NCBI GenBank assembly: GCA_042850255.1
Contig: AP031373.1
Span: forward strand, 690,001 to 722,000
Origin: Nanobdellota archaeon
GTDB lineage: Archaea; Nanobdellota; Nanobdellia; Nanobdellales; Nanobdellaceae
Length of the DNA stretch: 32,000 bases
Direction: 5' to 3'
Shown: in pieces, positions 26,882 through 32,000 of the stretch
Numbering within the stretch: position 1 is the stretch's first letter
Layout: every line of letters starts with the position of its first letter
Position numbers and translations under genes: made by a program
The notes under the pieces: model-generated
What the model saw: the letters and a program-made list of their open reading frames with translations, nothing else
The model's database searches: none
Told to the model about the DNA's origin: nothing

Positions 26882-27463
26882 TTATTCCTTTAAAAACTTT
26901 ATTATTTCTTCATTAAATTTCTTAGGATCATCTAAATAACATACATGATTATTACCTACATATACTAATTTTGCAGTTTTTACATTATTTAATATTAATT
27001 CTGCATTACTTATTGGAGATATATTATCATTTTTACCCCATATTAATAATATTTTCTTTCCATCCAATACTTTTAATTTTTCTTTATATTTTTCTACTCC
27101 TACAGGTCCTACCAATATTAATCCTTCTACAAAATCTGGATTATTTACTGCAAACCCTAAAACTGCTTCTCCACCCATTGATGCACCTAGATAATATGCT
27201 TTATCAACATTATATGTTAATACTAGATCTTTTATAAATTCTGATAAATTATAATAATTTCCCCTTTCAGATTTTCCGAATCCTGGAAAATCTACCGAAA
27301 CTACTTTAAATCCTGAATTTACTAAAGAATCTATTGTATTTGTACTTAACCAGGTTTCTGCATTAAATCTTGCTCCATGAAATAAAAATATATATTTTCC
27401 TTCTCCTTTTTCAATAACTCTTATTTTTGTTCTATTTACATTAATATATTTTTCATCTTCCAT
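26882..27463 (-). CDS. alpha/beta-fold hydrolase (193 aa)
   Basis: It has the oxyanion HG (FLFHGARF), the nucleophile elbow GASMGG (GxSxG), an acidic residue in GKNDNI, and a C-terminal His in GNNHVCYLDDP. Confidence 0.8.
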   Translation of the reverse strand: MEDEKYINVNRTKIRVIEKGEGKYIFLFHGARFNAETWLSTNTIDSLVNSGFKVVSVDFPGFGKSERGNYYNLSEFIKDLVLTYNVDKAYYLGASMGGEAVLGFAVNNPDFVEGLILVGPVGVEKYKEKLKVLDGKKILLIWGKNDNISPISNAELILNNVKTAKLVYVGNNHVCYLDDPKKFNEEIIKFLKE

Positions 27464-27832
27464 AAAATTTTATTAAATAAAAGTATAATTTTTAAATATG
27501 AGATTATTATTAAAATCTTAAAAAGGTGTAAATAGAAAACTTTTCATCTTACTATCTTATTCTTAGAACTGGTCTGTAAATTTAAAGAGAATTAGAATAT
27601 TGAAAAATTTCCAAATATTATTTTATGCTTTTAGAATAGATTATTTTAATAATAAGTAAAATTATTATAAGAGAAAATTTAACTTTTTGATTAAATTATT
27701 TCTACTTTAATAAATTGGATAACACTAAATTTTTCTACTAATAGCAAACTGTAAAGTCTTCGAAACTTTAAAAGAAAGTAAAATTATTTTGATTTAGAAA
27801 ACATTTATATAGTTATATATAAATAATAAATA

Positions 27833-28258
27833 ATGAGAAAAATCTACAAAAACAATCCAGAGGATATATTATTTGAGGTATATATGGAAATATTAAAAGA
27901 ATATTGGGACGTTGTATCTTCCAAAAGATATATAGATGTATATGTTAATGTATTGGGTCAATTGGTTCAGAATACGCATATAATAAATAATCTCGATATA
28001 TTTAGAGTAGCTCAACAAGTCGCAGAATATTATGAAAAAATTATCATGAAGAAAGAAATGGATGCATATATATCAAAAATAGTTTCAATATTAGAAGCTT
28101 ATAAAGTTAAAATTCCAGAAAAACCAAAAGAACTTGAAAATTTTGAAGATTATATAAGATACATCGAAAAACTATTGGCTACTTTGGCTAAATTAATGAT
28201 AGATAACGGTGTTTTACCCAAGCCTATAAATGAAAAAGATCCTAAAAAAGATATTTAA
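27833..28258 (+). CDS. hypothetical helical protein (141 aa)
   Basis: ATG ORF with TTTATATA about 30 nt upstream. No motif recognised. Confidence 0.5.
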   Translation: MRKIYKNNPEDILFEVYMEILKEYWDVVSSKRYIDVYVNVLGQLVQNTHIINNLDIFRVAQQVAEYYEKIIMKKEMDAYISKIVSILEAYKVKIPEKPKELENFEDYIRYIEKLLATLAKLMIDNGVLPKPINEKDPKKDI

Positions 28259-28601
28259 TTTTCATTTTTATTTTAAATCTACCAAAATTTCATCGATCAC
28301 TTTTGCTGTATATGTTTTAATATAAAATATAGATTTAAGTAATAGTTTATGTTTAAATAAAATTAGAAATATCAAATTCAAGATTAAAATGAAAAGGACT
28401 AGAGATTTTACAGTACCAAAATTAAATAAAATAGAATGCAAATTAAAAGAAATAGGAAAAGATATAATGTATTATATGATAATTAATGAAAGAAATGAAA
28501 GATTATTTAGAGCATATGTTTTATATTGAATTTTTATATTCTAATTTAAAATAAGATATAAATTTATTTAGATTTTTAAAAATAACTAAAGATTTATTAT
28601 T

Positions 28602-29441
28602 ATGCCTAGTTGGAAATTCCATAATAAATGGGCTAATAAATTTGGAATCCCTTACTATATTTCAGAAGAAATGAACAAATTTATAGATCTTGGAGATAGT
28701 GAAGTATACAATATGTTTGTGGAATCTGGAATGATAGATAAAGGTGAGAAACATGATTTAAAAAGAATATTTAGAAGTAAATCAGTTTTAGAAAGTGTTA
28801 TTAATGAAATAAAAATGAAATATGGAGAGAATTCTATTCTATATATTAAAGCTTTTGTATTACACTATTTATTAGATAAAATTAGAGACTATACAAGGGA
28901 TTTTCTAAAAAATGAAGTAATTCAAAAGTTATCAAATAAAGAAGAAATTTCTTTAGATAAATTAAAGATATATTTTGAAGATCCTAATTATTTCTCTATT
29001 TTAGTTAATAATGTAGCTGAAAATTTGATAAAATGGAAATTCAATCATATTAATATTGTAAATCTATCAGAAGATATATATGATAAAGTTATGATGAATA
29101 TCCAATATATAATACAAGATTTATATCTTTCTAAAGATGTAAAACTAGAGGATATATATGAAGCCTCTAAAAAAGAATCGCAGAAAATTATAGAAGAAAG
29201 AAATAAAATCTTAGAGCTAATAGATGAATATAACAATATAATATATTTGGCTATGCGATATAGTAATGCCTCTTTTCTCAAACCTATTAGAAAAGAAGAA
29301 TTAGAAGATAATGATAATCTAAAAGAAAAAATAAAAGAAATTAAAAAGGTTTTAGGTTTAATAGCAAGAAGGTATAATTCAAGGATTCCTCAATGGTTGG
29401 CGGATAGATCTAGATCTTTATTATATTTAATAAAATGGTAG
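28602..29441 (+). CDS. hypothetical protein (279 aa) with a sparse H ... HD ... HxxxD pattern in the N-terminal 95 aa
   Basis: ATG ORF reading MPSWKFHNKW ... GEKHDLKR ... AFVLHYLLDKIRD. A metal-dependent hydrolase (HD-like) reading is possible but weak. Its stop overlaps the next gene (ATGGTAG at 29435-29441). Confidence 0.5.
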   Translation: MPSWKFHNKWANKFGIPYYISEEMNKFIDLGDSEVYNMFVESGMIDKGEKHDLKRIFRSKSVLESVINEIKMKYGENSILYIKAFVLHYLLDKIRDYTRDFLKNEVIQKLSNKEEISLDKLKIYFEDPNYFSILVNNVAENLIKWKFNHINIVNLSEDIYDKVMMNIQYIIQDLYLSKDVKLEDIYEASKKESQKIIEERNKILELIDEYNNIIYLAMRYSNASFLKPIRKEELEDNDNLKEKIKEIKKVLGLIARRYNSRIPQWLADRSRSLLYLIKW

Positions 29442-30538
29442 AGCTATATGAATTATTAAAGAATTATGGATTAGAAAGTCTATATGAACCAATTAAAAAT
29501 ATTCTAATTAGAGCATATCTTAATAGAGGTTTTGAAACAAATAGAGGAGAAATAAGAGCTATTGCCAATAAGTATAATGTCAGAGAAGATATAGAAAGAA
29601 TACTATTAAATCTAGGATTTATAAAGGAGAGCAGTTATAATTATACAAAAGGGGTAGTATTATATTATTTAAATCCAGAAAAATTAAATATTATAGAAGA
29701 AGTTATTTTGGAAAATATAGAAGAAAACAAAGAGAAGATAGTAGAGATTACTAGTAAGTATCCATTATCATTTTTAAAATATTTAAGTCTTGTATATGAT
29801 AGAAATGGTCACATATTTGAAAGAATGTTAACAGATTCTTCTTTTCCCATTTATAAATATGAAACACCGGCAGATAATTTTCTTAAGTATTTAGAAGATG
29901 AGATCAGTACAAGACATATAGAAGACTTAAGAAAATTAGGAAATATGATGGCTTTTATAAAACATGAAGTTCCAAAATATGTTAAAAAGGAAACAACAGA
30001 AGATATATTTATTAAGAATTTTGTTAAATCTATAATATTTAATACAGATACTGGAAGAAAATTATTTTTCGATTTAATCAAAGATCTGGAAAAAATAAAC
30101 TTAGCAACAATTAGTACTTTATATGATAGTAGATTAGATCATGCGGGCTTATTATATTCTACACATATACTGGTTATAAAACAAATATTAGAACTACTAA
30201 ATGTAGAAAATAAAACAGAAGATATTGTAGATGAAATATTAGAAAAATTCGATAAGGATATTAAAATGATGTATGTATTAGCAATTTTAGGTAAAATAGA
30301 GATAGAATCAAGAAAAGGTTCATTAAATAGAAATGAATTATTAAGATATCTAGATAATTATGGAGTTCCAGAAGGAATGTTTGCAGAAGTAATAGATAAT
30401 TTATTATATCCATTAGGTATAACTTCTAAATATAATTATGAAAATTCTATACCATTTGTTATGACAAATCCTGAAAAATTAAAAGAACCCATAAATAAAT
30501 ATTGTGAAGAATTGGCTAAGAGAGTATTATATAGTTAG
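29435..30538 (+). CDS. hypothetical protein (367 aa), translationally coupled to 28602-29441
   Basis: ATG ORF overlapping the upstream stop by 7 nt. No firm motif recognised. Confidence 0.55.
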   Translation: MVELYELLKNYGLESLYEPIKNILIRAYLNRGFETNRGEIRAIANKYNVREDIERILLNLGFIKESSYNYTKGVVLYYLNPEKLNIIEEVILENIEENKEKIVEITSKYPLSFLKYLSLVYDRNGHIFERMLTDSSFPIYKYETPADNFLKYLEDEISTRHIEDLRKLGNMMAFIKHEVPKYVKKETTEDIFIKNFVKSIIFNTDTGRKLFFDLIKDLEKINLATISTLYDSRLDHAGLLYSTHILVIKQILELLNVENKTEDIVDEILEKFDKDIKMMYVLAILGKIEIESRKGSLNRNELLRYLDNYGVPEGMFAEVIDNLLYPLGITSKYNYENSIPFVMTNPEKLKEPINKYCEELAKRVLYS

Positions 30539-30734
30539 TTTTTTATAAAAGTATATTAATATTGAATTTTTATAAGAAGGATATATAAAAAGTATCTACA
30601 CAATTTTTACTATATTTATATGTTCTCTAATTAAATAACTTAATAAGATATAAACACTGAAATTTTTTAGTGTTCTTATTATAATATATTATAAAAATAT
30701 ATTTGCCTTGAGACTACAGGAATAATAATATAAT

Positions 30735-30998
30735 ATGGAAGGAAAAATATATCCACAACCTACTGTAAATATCCGAAGGAAGAAAATTATAGAAAAGTTA
30801 GAAAATTTAAGGTAAAAGTTAGAATTGGAGAAAAAGGTAGGTACTGTTGCATACCTATTGGATTTCTATGGAAAGCATAGTCAAATTCAAAGCATTGAAA
30901 ATCAAAATGTACCTAATGATATAAATAAATTAAAGGAAGAATTAGATAAAGTAAATCAGAGAATATATAATATAGAACAAAAATTGAATAAAATTTAA
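30735..30998 (+). pseudogene. ribbon-helix-helix (CopG/Arc-like) small protein with a coiled-coil tail, interrupted by one in-frame TAA (30813-30815)
   Basis: Hand translation of a single frame gives MEGKIYPQPTVNIRRKKIIEKLENLR*KLELEKKVGTVAYLLDFYGKHSQIQSIENQNVPNDINKLKEELDKVNQRIYNIEQKLNKI*. The beta-strand (TVNIRR), helix 1 and helix 2 (VGTVAYLLDFY) of an RHH fold span the stop codon. Confidence 0.4.
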
Positions 30999-31286
30999 CA
31001 ACAATGGAAATTAAATGATAACAATTGTAATAAAATATTAAGAACTAAATTATTTGAATTTTATAATAATATTATGAATACATCAAGAAAAATAATGTAA
31101 ATCCTAAAATATTGGAAAAATAGTGGCAATATATAAGAAATATATAAACTCTAATAATCTTTTTTAAATTTTTTAATAATTCTATAAAAATCTTAATGTT
31201 TAAAATTTTAAAGATATTTTATTAAAATAACTACAAATTTATAATAAAAATTATCTTAATAAAGTTTAGAATATATTTCAGAATGT

Positions 31287-31775
31287 ATGATAGATGATGA
31301 TCATGATTTCATAAAAGAATTTGAAGACTATTGGATGTCTTTAATAAAGAAAGTTACTAAAAATTATGTAATAATTGAAGATGAGACCCAAAATGTAAGA
31401 ACAAAAATAAAAGTAAATGGTAAAGCAGATTTATTTATGTTATTTTGGAGATCTTTTATAGATGGTTTCTCTAGAAATAATTTAGATATTATAACAGAAT
31501 TTGCTGCACCTTATCTAATAAAAGTATTAGGTATGAAAAGAGAATGGAAATTTAAAGTAGGTATAGGATTTGGAGATTTATTTTTAATAGATTCAGATTT
31601 ATTCTTTTATTTAATAATAATAGGAGAAAATCTATATAACTCTGGATATTTTGATTATAGAAAATTAAAAGAAATAAAAGATAAATTATCTGAAGATCCT
31701 AAAAAAGATTTTTATTGTTGTGGCATGATAGATAAAGTAAGAAAAAATAATTTAATGACATTTATTTTATATTGA
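31287..31775 (+). CDS. hypothetical protein (162 aa)
   Basis: ATG ORF. No motif recognised. Confidence 0.5.
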   Translation: MIDDDHDFIKEFEDYWMSLIKKVTKNYVIIEDETQNVRTKIKVNGKADLFMLFWRSFIDGFSRNNLDIITEFAAPYLIKVLGMKREWKFKVGIGFGDLFLIDSDLFFYLIIIGENLYNSGYFDYRKLKEIKDKLSEDPKKDFYCCGMIDKVRKNNLMTFILY

Positions 31776-32000
31776 ATTTATATAATTAAGGACCTCTTTA
31801 TATAAACTTTTTATATATTCATTTTCAGGTAAATAATCTGTTAGTTCATAAATTATATATTTTATATTATCTAAACTATTAGCCTTTATTAATTTATGTA
31901 CTATTTCCCTTTGTTTTTCTTTATCAATATTTAATAATATATTGCCTAAAAGACTACCAATAAAATATTCTTTACTTCCATAACTAATTATATCATTCAT
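31767..32000 (-). CDS. hypothetical protein, possibly 5'-truncated by the window end
   Basis: The ORF reaches the last base of the window. The terminal ATG may be internal. Its 3' end overlaps the convergent gene by 9 nt. Confidence 0.4.
   Translation of the reverse strand: MNDIISYGSKEYFIGSLLGNILLNIDKEKQREIVHKLIKANSLDNIKYIIYELTDYLPENEYIKSLYKEVLNYINSI

Noticed and set aside
28389-28529. 46-aa ORF (MKRTRDFTVPKLNKIECKLKEIGKDIMYYMIINERNERLFRAYVLY) in the 28259-28601 gap.
   Set aside because: It has no motif, no paralog and no distinctive start context. An ORF of this length is expected by chance, so it is not reported as a feature.
28602-29441. Assigning the 279-aa protein to the HD-phosphohydrolase superfamily.
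   Set aside because: The H...HD...H...D spacing is suggestive, but the residues around the HD (GEKHDLKR) do not match the usual hydrophobic-HD-hGK context. It is kept only as a low-confidence note.
1-32000. CRISPR arrays, tRNA/rRNA genes, IS elements and integrases.
   Set aside because: I saw no regularly spaced direct repeats, no GC-rich cloverleaf-sized islands, and no DDE/tyrosine-recombinase-like ORFs on either strand. The scan was by eye only, so short or degenerate elements could have been missed.

Overview
This 32-kb window is extremely AT-rich (by eye about one-fifth to one-quarter G+C; not computed). Its gene organisation looks archaeal. Most ATGs lack a Shine-Dalgarno sequence and have an A/T-rich TATA-like box about 25-30 nt upstream, which suggests leaderless transcripts. 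TGA is used as a stop codon and genes are tightly packed. I saw no rRNA, tRNA, CRISPR array, transposase or integrase.

A minority of genes are recognisable:
- an N-terminal fragment of 2-oxoacid:ferredoxin oxidoreductase
- a PNP/UDP-type phosphorylase-like protein
- a D-2-hydroxyacid dehydrogenase
- a crenarchaeal-type O-phosphoserine sulfhydrylase / cysteine synthase
- a DsrE-like protein
- a transglutaminase-like cysteine protease
- an alpha/beta hydrolase

The remaining ORFs are K/N/I/Y/E-rich lineage-specific hypotheticals.

Three things stand out:
1. A roughly 10-kb same-strand cluster (13.6-23.7 kb) is built from two paralogous families of unknown function, four 'A' copies and three 'B' copies. 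They are arranged A-A-B / cysteine synthase / B-A-A and followed by small membrane proteins. This is my best candidate for an undescribed system.
2. An accessory, defence-like block (5.5-13.1 kb) contains a tandem-wHTH protein, a broken Mrr-like nuclease/zinc-ribbon gene, a Panacea (DUF4065)-like gene and a convergent Uma2/PD-(D/E)xK-like gene. A 99-bp duplicated promoter plus 5' coding segment brackets part of this block.
3. Genes interrupted by frameshifts or an in-frame stop recur, often at A/T homopolymers. This could be real gene decay or assembly error.

All homology statements come from motif recognition by eye. No searches were run.
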